Below the pieces are notes generated by a model. The model saw only the letters and a program-made list of their open reading frames with translations, was not told the DNA's origin and made no database searches. Positions 20,148-28,830 of a stretch of 64,000 bases of DNA are shown here, piece after piece. The stretch is from Nannocystis bainbridge (GTDB lineage: Bacteria > Myxococcota_A > Polyangia > Nannocystales > Nannocystaceae). Where the stretch lies: positions 2,976,001 through 3,040,000 of the forward strand of contig NZ_JAQNDL010000001.1 in NCBI RefSeq assembly GCF_028368995.1, written 5' to 3'. The position numbers and the translations under genes were made by a program. Position 1 is the first letter of the stretch. Every line of letters begins with the position of its first letter.

Positions 20148-22175
20148 TCACTTCGCGGGCACCTTGGCCGGCTTCTTCGCCGCCGGCTTCTTGCCCTTCT
20201 TCTTGCCGCCCGCCGGCACCACCACCACCGAGCCGTCTTCGGGCTCGGCGCCGAGAGTCGGATCCTGGTTGAACAGCTTGAGGGCCGCGTCGCGCAGGGT
20301 GGTGTTGCCGCCGGACGCGGCGGGCGCGGTGTAGCCGAGCCAGGCCTGGCGCAGGACCATCTGTTCGTAGGTCGCGCCGGGGTCGAGGGCGATCTTGTAG
20401 GTCGTGGGCCCGCCGCTGGCGGCCACCGCGGTGCGCTCGATCATCCGCGCCCCGCGCTGGAGCGTCAGCTGGTGGCGCGAGTTGCCGGCCATCGCCTTGA
20501 TCTGCCGCTTGGCCTCGGCCGCGCCGCCGACCTTGAGGCCGTCGATCGCCAGCAGCACGTCGCCGTTGGCCAGCCCGGCCTTGTCGCCGGCCCCGCCCTG
20601 GCGCACCAGCTCGATCGTCGCGCCCTTGTCGGCCTGCTCGGCGAACACCAGCTCGAGGTCCCCACCTGTCTCTCGGACCATGTCCAGCTTGTAGCCGGCC
20701 TGGCGCAGGTGCTTGCCGTACTCGATCTCGTCGAAGCCGTGCACGTACTTGCGGAACAGCTCGCTGACCTCGGCGCCCGCGGCCCCGCCGGCGGCGACGA
20801 AGGTGGCCTCGAGCTCGGTCGGCGAGATGCCGGCGCCGGTGTTCTTCCACCGGCCGTAGAGCTCGCGCATGACCGAGTCGAGGCTGCGCTGGCCGCCGGA
20901 GATCCGCCGGAGCTCGATGTCGAGGGCGAGGGCGATCAGCATGCCCTTGTTGTAGTAATCGACGTAGCTGTTGCCGCCGTCTTCGGGCCGCAGCCACGCC
21001 TCCCACGAGGCCTGCTCGACCGTCATCTGCTTGCGCCCCGGCGACTCCTGCAGGCGCCGGATCTGCTCGCCGAGCGCCTCCATCGACTCGGACTCGCTCG
21101 CCAGCCCGGCGCGGGCCAGGATCACCCACGCGTAGTAGCTGGTGAAGCCCTCGGAGAACCACAGCATGCTGGTGTGGACCTCGCGCTCGTAGGCGAACGG
21201 CCCGAGCACGCCGGGGCGGATGCGCTTGACGTTCCACGCGTGGAAGAACTCGTGGGCGGCCGTGCTGAGGAACTTGCGGTAGGCCGCCGGGTCGCCGAAG
21301 ATCCACGGCTCGAGCCCGATCACGGTGCTGTTGCGGTGCTCGAGCCCGGCGCGACCGCCCGGGCGGAGGTGCAGGATGTACGTGTAGTCGGTGAACGGCA
21401 CGCCCTCGTCGCCGCCGAAGATCGCGTAGGTCGCGTCGGCGATCTTCGTCAGGTCGGCGGCCAGCTTCTTGTCGCTGTAGTTGCCGATGCCCTGCAGGGC
21501 CACGTGGAACTGGACCTTGCCGGCCTTGAAGTTGATGGTGTCGACCTTGCCGACGTGGACCGGCGCGTCGACCAGCATGTCGTAGTCGTTGGCCTTGAAC
21601 GCCTTGCCGCTGCCGCCCGCGCGCGGCAGCGCACACACCACCTGCGCCCCCGGCAGGCCCTCGATGCGCAGCTCGATCGGGCGCTCCTTGTGGCCGACGG
21701 CGTAGGGGAACAGATACACGCCGTTGAAGAAGCCGAACTCGTCGTCGAGGAAGGCCCCGGCGATCCCGCTGTAGGCGCCGCGATAGACGCGGTAGCGCAG
21801 CTTGAACGGCTGACCCCCGTGGGTCACGCGCCAGGTGATCTCGTCGACCTTGACGACCGGGATCGGCTTGCCGCCGGCGGTCTCGGCGACCATGCCGCGG
21901 ATGTTGCGGTGGGCCTCGGTGACGCGGTAGGCGCCCGGGTTCCAGCGCGGCAGCTGCAGGTCGGTGACCTCGCCCGGCAGGTCGGAGAAGCTCAGCTCGA
22001 CCTGGAATTCGTGGCGATGCGGGTCGTCCATCGCGACCTTGTAGACGAACGCATCGAGCTTCTTGGCCGCCGCCTCGGCGCCCGGAGCCGCCGACGTGGT
22101 CGCCGGGTCGACCAGCAAGAGACCGAGCGCCAGCGCCGCGGCGAACCGGCGCTTCGAGAGCAAGCGAGACAGCAT
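20148..22175 (-). CDS. M61 glycyl aminopeptidase family metallopeptidase with PDZ domain
   Basis: LPRWNPGAY, GLEHRNST, HEFFHAWNVKRIRP, WFSEGFTSYY, YYNKG and PDZ AGLANGDVLLAIDG. Confidence 0.92.
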   Translation of the reverse strand: MLSRLLSKRRFAAALALGLLLVDPATTSAAPGAEAAAKKLDAFVYKVAMDDPHRHEFQVELSFSDLPGEVTDLQLPRWNPGAYRVTEAHRNIRGMVAETAGGKPIPVVKVDEITWRVTHGGQPFKLRYRVYRGAYSGIAGAFLDDEFGFFNGVYLFPYAVGHKERPIELRIEGLPGAQVVCALPRAGGSGKAFKANDYDMLVDAPVHVGKVDTINFKAGKVQFHVALQGIGNYSDKKLAADLTKIADATYAIFGGDEGVPFTDYTYILHLRPGGRAGLEHRNSTVIGLEPWIFGDPAAYRKFLSTAAHEFFHAWNVKRIRPGVLGPFAYEREVHTSMLWFSEGFTSYYAWVILARAGLASESESMEALGEQIRRLQESPGRKQMTVEQASWEAWLRPEDGGNSYVDYYNKGMLIALALDIELRRISGGQRSLDSVMRELYGRWKNTGAGISPTELEATFVAAGGAAGAEVSELFRKYVHGFDEIEYGKHLRQAGYKLDMVRETGGDLELVFAEQADKGATIELVRQGGAGDKAGLANGDVLLAIDGLKVGGAAEAKRQIKAMAGNSRHQLTLQRGARMIERTAVAASGGPTTYKIALDPGATYEQMVLRQAWLGYTAPAASGGNTTLRDAALKLFNQDPTLGAEPEDGSVVVVPAGGKKKGKKPAAKKPAKVPAK

Positions 22176-22268
22176 GGCCGGAGGATACTCGAACTGCCCC
22201 CCGGGGCGCCCGTGGCGGGGCGCCTGCGGCCCGCGGAGCCGCGGAGAAAACGAGTACACTCCGGCGCC

Positions 22269-24764
22269 TTGTCCCTCGCACCGCCAGCGCGCCCGCCCGC
22301 GCGACCCGCCGCCGGCCCCGGTCCGTGGCCGCTCGGGCTGGCCGCCGCCGCGGTCGCGGGCCTGGTGCTGATCCCCGGCCACGGCGCGCACGGCCTGTGG
22401 TCGCAGGGCGAGATCGGGGCGCTGCAGCGCGCCCAGGCGGCCCTCGGCGCCGCGCTCTCGGGCCTGGAGCGCAGCCCGTGGCTGCCCGACGCCCTGCGGA
22501 CGCAGGCGCTCGCGCTCGTCGGCGACCCGGCGGCGATCCGCCTGCCCGGCGCGCTCGCCACCTGTGCCCTCGTGGCGCTGGCCGCCGGCCTGGCTCGCGC
22601 GCTCGGCCTGTCGGCGACGATCTCCGCGCTGGCCGGCATGTTCGCCCTGGCCTTCCCGCTGTCGCTCACTCAGGGCCGCCTGGCCCTCGGCGATCCGATC
22701 GGCGAGCTGGCCGGGACCGTCGCCGCGCTGCTGCTCGCCGCCGCCCTGGCCAGCCCGCGCCTCGCCCGCGGCCTGGGCCTCGCCGCAGCCGGCAGCCTGG
22801 CCCTGGCCCTCGCCGCCACCGCCTCGGGCCTGTGGCTCGGCGTGGTCCTCCCGCTGGCCGCCGCCGCGCTGTGGGGACCTGTCCCCGCGAGCATGTCCTC
22901 AGGAACATCTCTAAAAAGGCATGTTCCAGGGGACATGTCCGATGGATTATGCTCTGAAGCACATGCCCATTCAGACATGTCCGCCCGGACATCTCCGGAT
23001 GACGTCACCGCGAACCTGACCGCCGCGCCGTCCGGCCTCGGCACCGCGAGCCTGGCCGCCGCGCCGTCAGCTTCGTCCGGCCTCGGCGACGCTCCCGCGA
23101 GCCTGGCTGTCGGACCGGCGGACGTCTCGTCCCGCCGCGGCCCGGCCCCCGCCTCACCTGTCTCTTCGGACCTGTCCTCGCGGCCATCTCGATTGCAGAC
23201 CCCGCTGCGGCTGGTGCTGGTCGCCGGCGCCGTCGCGGCCGCCGGCGTGGCCGGCTGGCTCGCCTACAATCAGGGCGACGGCTACATCCCCGCGCTCGGG
23301 GCCGCCAAGGACATGGTCCTGCGCGAGCGGCCGCACGTGCGGGGCTTCCACGCCGCGCTCGAGGACTGCGGCTACCAGCTGTTCCCGTGGCTGCCGCTGG
23401 TGCTGCTCGGGCTGCTGCAGCCGGGGCGGGCCCGCTGGCCCGCGCTGTGGTTCGCCGTCGGCCTGGCGCTGGCCAGCGCCTCGTCGCTGCTGTACGGCGC
23501 GCGCGCGGTGCCGCTGACGGTGCCCGCCGCCGTGCTCGCCGCCGCCGCCTTCGCCCGCCTCGTCTCCCCGCGCACGCCCGCGGCCGCGCGTCGGCTGGCC
23601 CTCGTGCTCGCCCTCGCCGGCTGCTGGATCTTCGCCAAGGACGCCCGCCGCACCCCCAGCCGGATCGGCGCCGCCCTGGCGCCCACGCGCGGCGAGCACA
23701 ACTACCCCGCCGCCGACCTCGGCGCCGCCGACCTGCTGTCCGGCCTCGCCGGCGGGGCCGCCGTCGCGCTTGTCCTTTCGGCCATGTTCTCCGCGCCAGG
23801 TCCCGGAGGACAGGGCTCTTCGCGCATGTCGAGAAAGCTCTACGCGCTGCGGACCCGCCTGCCCGGCTGGCTGCCGGCCGCGATCATGGTCGCCTGCCTC
23901 GGCCGGCAGGCGTGGAGCTACGGCCGCGACCTGCTGCCGCGGACCAGCGAGCAGTTCTCGCTGCTGCGCCCGCTGACGCGCTGGGCCGCGTGGACCGAGG
24001 CTGGCGCGCTGCCGCCGACCCTCGGCGTCCACCGCGTGTCCGACCCCGGCCTCGAGCTCTACGGCCCGGCCCCGGACCTGCGGGTCCCGCTGGCCACCCG
24101 CGAGGCGCTGGCCAACGTGCTGCGCCAGCCGGCCCCGGCGGCCGCGCTGATCCGCACCAGCGAGCTGGCGGCGCTGCACCAGACCGCCCGCGCCGGCGGC
24201 TTCTCGTTGCACGTGCTCGACGCCAGCAACCGCGACGTCCTCCTGATCGCCAACACCCTGCCGCCGGGCGCGGACGACATGAACCCGATCCGCCGGGTCC
24301 TGTTCGACGAGCCGCCGGCGCTGGCCCACCCGACGCTGCTGCGCTTCGACGACTTCGTCGAGGTGATCGCGTGGGAGTGGGACGAGCCGGTGGTGCGCGG
24401 CCGCGAGGTCGAGCTGCGCGTGGTCCTGCGCCCGCTCAAGGCCATGCCGAGCGGCAGCAAGATCACCGTGCGGCTGCAGCAGGGCCGGCTGTCGCGCGTC
24501 AACCCGATGCCGCACGACCTGGTCGAGAACATCTACCCCCCGCAGTACTGGCGCCCCGGCGACTACCTGCTGCACCGCTTCCGCGTCCACGTGCCGACGC
24601 TCGAGATCGTGCCCGGCCCGCACGAGGTGGTGATCGGCATGCGCCGGACCGAGTCCAGCAACTACAAGATCACCGTCCCCGAGGGCGAGACCGGCGAGCA
24701 CGGCGTGCGCGTGTTCGCCGGCCCGCACGAGTTCGCCGTCGTCGGCGAGCTGCAGGTCTGGTAG
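22269..24764 (+). CDS. Polytopic membrane protein, ArnT/PMT-like glycosyltransferase fold likely, with an in-frame repeat insert
   Basis: Many hydrophobic helices, GLWSQGE, RLPGAL, FPWLP and a soluble C-terminal domain (YWRPGDY). TTG start estimated. Confidence 0.7.
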   Translation: MSLAPPARPPARPAAGPGPWPLGLAAAAVAGLVLIPGHGAHGLWSQGEIGALQRAQAALGAALSGLERSPWLPDALRTQALALVGDPAAIRLPGALATCALVALAAGLARALGLSATISALAGMFALAFPLSLTQGRLALGDPIGELAGTVAALLLAAALASPRLARGLGLAAAGSLALALAATASGLWLGVVLPLAAAALWGPVPASMSSGTSLKRHVPGDMSDGLCSEAHAHSDMSARTSPDDVTANLTAAPSGLGTASLAAAPSASSGLGDAPASLAVGPADVSSRRGPAPASPVSSDLSSRPSRLQTPLRLVLVAGAVAAAGVAGWLAYNQGDGYIPALGAAKDMVLRERPHVRGFHAALEDCGYQLFPWLPLVLLGLLQPGRARWPALWFAVGLALASASSLLYGARAVPLTVPAAVLAAAAFARLVSPRTPAAARRLALVLALAGCWIFAKDARRTPSRIGAALAPTRGEHNYPAADLGAADLLSGLAGGAAVALVLSAMFSAPGPGGQGSSRMSRKLYALRTRLPGWLPAAIMVACLGRQAWSYGRDLLPRTSEQFSLLRPLTRWAAWTEAGALPPTLGVHRVSDPGLELYGPAPDLRVPLATREALANVLRQPAPAAALIRTSELAALHQTARAGGFSLHVLDASNRDVLLIANTLPPGADDMNPIRRVLFDEPPALAHPTLLRFDDFVEVIAWEWDEPVVRGREVELRVVLRPLKAMPSGSKITVRLQQGRLSRVNPMPHDLVENIYPPQYWRPGDYLLHRFRVHVPTLEIVPGPHEVVIGMRRTESSNYKITVPEGETGEHGVRVFAGPHEFAVVGELQVW
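22880..23005. repeat. Eight to nine phased 14-bp TGTC-N6-GACA-type units inside a CDS
   Basis: TGTC-CCCGCG-AGCA|TGTC-CTCAGG-AACA|TCTC-TAAAAA-GGCA|TGTT-CCAGGG-GACA|TGTC-CGATGG-ATTA|TGCT-CTGAAG-CACA|TGCC-CATTCA-GACA|TGTC-CGCCCG-GACA|TCTC-CGGATG-ACGT. Confidence 0.9.
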
Positions 24765-24782
24765 ACCTGTCCTTCGGGACAT

Positions 24783-25640
24783 CTACGTCGATACCACCCG
24801 CGAGGTCGTGCGCACGAACGTGGCGATGTGCTGCGCGCTGGCCTCGGGGTGCTGGTGGTGCGGGCCGTGGCCGGCCGACGGGTACGTCAGCAGCTGCACC
24901 GTCGGCAGCGTCTGGTTCAGCGCGTACCAATTCTCGACGGGAAAGACGATGTCGTGGTCGCCGGCGATGTGGAGGATCGGCAGCGTCGTCGCTCGCAGCG
25001 CCGCCAGCACCGGCAGCGCCGGGAAGATCGGCGCGGACGGGTCGCCGGACAGGTTGGCGCGGGCGAACTCGGCCGGCACCGGCGGGCTGCGGTCCGTCGT
25101 GCGCGCGGCGATGCGGTCGGCCGAGCGCCGGGCCGCCGCGCGGCTCTCGGGCGAGCGCGGCTCGAAGAACAGGATCACCTCGTCCTCGAAATCGTTGACC
25201 TCGCGCCCCGCCGTGGCGAAAAACAGCGCCTCCGCCGGCTTGACGTTCGGCCCCGGCGGCGTGGTCCCCAGCAGCACCGCGTGGCTCAGGTGCGTCGGGT
25301 GCAGGGCCACGAGCACCTGGGCGACCAGGCCGCCGAGCGACCAGCCGCCGATCACCACCTCGCGCAGCCCCAGCGCCTCGATGAGGTCGCGCGGGTCGTT
25401 CACCATCACGAACGGATCGTAGCTCGCGGTCCCGGTCGACAGCCCGAGGCCGCTGTAGTCGAACGTGATCACGCGGAAGCCAGCTGCCACCAGCGCGTCG
25501 AGGAAGGCCGGGTCCCAGCAATCCAGGTTGCCGCGGAAGCGGGTGCAGAGGACGATCGGCTGGCCGTCGCCGATCGCTCGATACGCCAGACGGCGGCCGT
25601 GGATGTCGATGAACTGATTCGCTGCGTCGATGGCGGACAT
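24783..25640 (-). CDS. Alpha/beta fold hydrolase
   Basis: RFRGNLDCWDP, FDYSGLGLS, GWSLGG nucleophile elbow and YPSAGHGPHHQHP. Confidence 0.9.
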   Translation of the reverse strand: MSAIDAANQFIDIHGRRLAYRAIGDGQPIVLCTRFRGNLDCWDPAFLDALVAAGFRVITFDYSGLGLSTGTASYDPFVMVNDPRDLIEALGLREVVIGGWSLGGLVAQVLVALHPTHLSHAVLLGTTPPGPNVKPAEALFFATAGREVNDFEDEVILFFEPRSPESRAAARRSADRIAARTTDRSPPVPAEFARANLSGDPSAPIFPALPVLAALRATTLPILHIAGDHDIVFPVENWYALNQTLPTVQLLTYPSAGHGPHHQHPEASAQHIATFVRTTSRVVST

Positions 25641-26094
25641 GCTGCCGGTGTAGCCCCGGCGACGGCGCGGCAAAACCCGACCAAGGTCGGATGCGGCGTC
25701 CGGGCGACAAGCGCGAGAACTCGCGGTCCTGTGAATCGCGGGCGCGATCGATACGACGAGCGTGTTGCGACGAAGCCGCGGTGCCATCAATGCTGCGTCG
25801 TTCCAGGCACCGCCGAATCGAATCACCACAGTCGCAGCGACGATTCGCCCCGGGCCTGACGCCGTGACGCCTGGCGCTGCGATCGCTCGAGGAGGGCGGG
25901 GTCGGGTCCGCTGTCCGGCCTCGCCCGACCCCCCGACTGCGCGATCTCCTCACCCGGCGCCGCGCCGGACCGGCGTTCCGGCGCCCGGCGGCCGCGGCCT
26001 GCGGAGATCGCGCGATGCCACCAGCGGCCGGCCCGGGCAGAAACGTGACAGCCGAGACGGATCGCGCGGCTGGCGGCCACCGCCTCGCCCAAAC

Positions 26095-26174
26095 TGTCCG
26101 AAAAGACATGCTGTCTCCGCTTCGAAGTCACGACCATCGCAATGCATGTTTCTTCGGACATGTCCTCGGAGACA
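26095..26174. repeat. TGTC-N6-GACA units in a divergent intergenic region
   Basis: TGTC-CGAAAA-GACA at 26095; TGTT-TCTTCG-GACA|TGTC-CTCGGA-GACA at 26147-26174. Confidence 0.8.
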
Positions 26175-26307
26175 TCTATCTGCGCTGCGACTGGTGCCAA
26201 TTGTGATGATTCGGCGGCCACCCGGGCAGTCACCGAGGAGGCTTCCTGAACACAACGCGGCGAACACGCAGCATTCGCGCGTTCTGCGTCGTGATAGCTT
26301 CCGGCCA

Positions 26308-27231
26308 ATGCGTAACCCTCGTTTCGCCTCTCCTGCCTTCTTCTTCTTGCTCGCGGCTGCTGGCTGCTCCGATCCGTCAGCGCTCACCGACACGTTGGCC
26401 ACCGACACTGGCACGACGACCGGTACCGGCACCGACACCACGACCGGCGTGTTGCCGACGACCACGGACAAGCCGACCTCGACCACCGACGAGACGACCT
26501 CGACTTCGACCACCGAGCCGGGCACCTCGACGACGCCGGACCCGATCACCAGCACCACCGTCGATCCGAGCACCACCACGACCACCACGGATACGACGGC
26601 GACCACCGATACCACCACCACGACGGACGCGACCACCGACACCACCACGGACGCGACCACCGACACCACCACGGACGCGACCACCGAGACGACGACGGAC
26701 GCGACCACCGACACGTCCACGACCACGGACGCGACCACGGACGCGACCACCGAGACCGGCACCACCGAGACCACCACCGAGACCACCACCGAGACCGGCA
26801 CCACCGAGACCACCACCACCACCGAGACCGGCACCACCGAGACCGGCACCACCGAGACCAGCACCACCGAGACCGGCACCACCGGTGAGCCCGCGTGCAC
26901 CCCGGGCGAACCCCTGTGCGCCTGCATCGAGAACGAGTGCAACAACGGCGCCCCGTGCGTCCTCGGCGAGTGCCCCCAGGCCTCCGACCTGTGTCCGTGG
27001 GAGTTCGACGGCGAGTGCGACGAGGGCACCTTCTGCGACGAGGGCACCGACCCGTTCGACTGCTGCGCCTCCCCGGAGAACGGCGTGTGCGAGGAGCACA
27101 CCGCCCCCGGCGGCACCTGCTCCAAGGGCACCGACTTCTGGGACTGCGGCTACTGCCCGTGGGTCGACGACGGCGAGTGCGACGACGGCATCTACTGCCC
27201 CGAGGGCTCGGACGTGAACGACTGCGCGTGA
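26308..27231 (+). CDS. Thr-rich lipoprotein with Cys/Asp-rich C-terminal repeats (DGECD)
   Basis: AAGC lipobox, long TTTDAT/TETGT repeats and CPW..DGECD..C..G.D..DC units. Confidence 0.82.
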   Translation: MRNPRFASPAFFFLLAAAGCSDPSALTDTLATDTGTTTGTGTDTTTGVLPTTTDKPTSTTDETTSTSTTEPGTSTTPDPITSTTVDPSTTTTTTDTTATTDTTTTTDATTDTTTDATTDTTTDATTETTTDATTDTSTTTDATTDATTETGTTETTTETTTETGTTETTTTTETGTTETGTTETSTTETGTTGEPACTPGEPLCACIENECNNGAPCVLGECPQASDLCPWEFDGECDEGTFCDEGTDPFDCCASPENGVCEEHTAPGGTCSKGTDFWDCGYCPWVDDGECDDGIYCPEGSDVNDCA

Positions 27232-27272
27232 CGCCGCCCGCGCGGACGGGGCTCTGCTAGCCTCGTCCGCGC

Positions 27273-28622
27273 ATGGCCCCCGTCGCCCCGCAGGTGTTCG
27301 CCGTCAGCGAGCTGGTCAATCGCGCCCACCGCAGCATCGAGCAGCAGTTCCCGCCGCTGTGGGTCGAGGGCGAGATCACCAACCTGCGGCTCGTCAACAG
27401 CGGCCACGCCTACTTCACCCTGCGCGACAGCCACGCCGTCCTGCCGGTGGCGATGTGGCGCAGCGCCCTCTCGCGCCTGCGCCACCGCCTCGCTGACGGC
27501 CAGCTGTTCCGCGTCTACGGCCGCCTCGGCATCTACGCCCAGCAGGGCAAGTTCCAGCTGTACGCCGAGCGGGCCGAGCCGGCCGGCCTCGGCGCGCGCA
27601 TGCAGCAGCTCGAGCAGCTCAAGGCCAAGCTGGCCGCCGAGGGCCTGTTCGCGCGCGAGCGCAAGCGACCGATCCCCGCCTGGCCGCGCACCGTCGGCGT
27701 CGTCACCTCTGCCAGCGGCGCCGCGATCCACGACATCCTCAAGGTCGCCCGCAGCCGCTGCCCGGTGCGCATCCTCCTGTCGCCCGCGCAGGTCCAGGGC
27801 GACGACGCCGCCTTCAGCATGGTGCGCGCGCTGCAGCGGCTGCAGCGGCGGCCGGGCGTCGACGTGATCATCCTCGGCCGCGGCGGCGGGGCCCAGGAGG
27901 ACCTGTGGGCCTTCAACGACGAGGGCCTCGCGCGGGCTGTCGCCGCCTGTCCGGTGCCCGTCGTGTCCGCCGTCGGTCACGAGGTCGACATCACGATCTG
28001 CGACTTCGTCGCCGACCTCCGCGCCGCCACCCCCTCGCACGCCGCCGAGCTGGTGGTGCCCGACCGCGACGGCTACCTCGCGCGCCTCCACCACGTCGAG
28101 CGCCGGCTCGTCCTCGCCACCAAGCGGCGCGTCCTCGACGAGCGCGCCCGCCTCGAGCTGATCGATCGCCGCCTCGCCGCCATCGGCCATCGCCTCGTGC
28201 TCGCGCCGCGGCGCCGCCTCGACGCCTTGCTCGCGCGCCTCGGCAACCAGCACCCGCGCGCTCGCCTGGCCCGCGACCGTCGCCTGCTCGTCGCCTTGCA
28301 GGCGCGCCTGATGGCCCAGCACCCGCGCCACCGGCTCGACCGCGCCCGCCGGCGCCTGCTCGCCGCCGAGCTCGCCCTGCGTGAGCGCGCCCGGGTGCTC
28401 GCCCAGCCCGCGCGCCTGCGCCTCGCTCGCGCTGCCGCGGCCCTGAACGCCCTCAGCCCGCTCGCCGTGCTGCAGCGCGGCTTCGCCGTCGTCTCCGCCG
28501 AAGCGGGCGTCGTCACCGACGTCGCTCAGGTCGCGGCCGGTGACGCCGTGCGCGTGGAGCTCGCGCGCGGGGCCTTCTCGGCGCAGGTCACCGCTGTCGA
28601 GCCGGTGAAACTACCTTCATGA
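27273..28622 (+). CDS. xseA: Exodeoxyribonuclease VII large subunit
   Basis: WVEGEITN, SGHAYFTLRD, GVVTSASGAAIHD, GRGGG..EDLWAFNDE, SAVGHEVD and RAATPS. Confidence 0.95.
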   Translation: MAPVAPQVFAVSELVNRAHRSIEQQFPPLWVEGEITNLRLVNSGHAYFTLRDSHAVLPVAMWRSALSRLRHRLADGQLFRVYGRLGIYAQQGKFQLYAERAEPAGLGARMQQLEQLKAKLAAEGLFARERKRPIPAWPRTVGVVTSASGAAIHDILKVARSRCPVRILLSPAQVQGDDAAFSMVRALQRLQRRPGVDVIILGRGGGAQEDLWAFNDEGLARAVAACPVPVVSAVGHEVDITICDFVADLRAATPSHAAELVVPDRDGYLARLHHVERRLVLATKRRVLDERARLELIDRRLAAIGHRLVLAPRRRLDALLARLGNQHPRARLARDRRLLVALQARLMAQHPRHRLDRARRRLLAAELALRERARVLAQPARLRLARAAAALNALSPLAVLQRGFAVVSAEAGVVTDVAQVAAGDAVRVELARGAFSAQVTAVEPVKLPS

Positions 28623-28830
28623 TGAAGCGCGGTTCATCGCCGTTTGCCAGCTGGGGCCTCCGAGCCGCGAGTTGGCCGCTGTCGCCCCGCGCGGGCGGAT
28701 GAATCCTGTCTCGGCTCTCTTGAACCGCGCTTCTCCCCTCGACTAGGCTGAGCCTCGTTCCCGCCGGCCGGCGCGCCCCGCCGCCTGTCTCGAGGGACAT
28801 GGCTCCAAGGACAGCATTCGAGGCTTCGCA

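Noticed and set aside
19938-22268. 5' half of the 1608-aa ORF and other long Arg/Ala/Gly-rich ORFs (e.g. 51863-55180, 5993-7987, 36606-38849 upstream part)
   Set aside because: They are antisense or shifted shadows of well-supported genes in GC-rich DNA with few stop codons.
22880-23005. 14-bp arrays as a CRISPR array (8-bp repeat plus 6-bp spacers)
   Set aside because: Units are far too short and degenerate, occur inside genes, and there are no cas genes in the window.
26560-26885. ACC-rich tandem repeats (also 16060-16270, 50570-50705, 58430-58630)
   Set aside because: They encode ordinary Thr-rich linkers of lipoproteins typical of this group.
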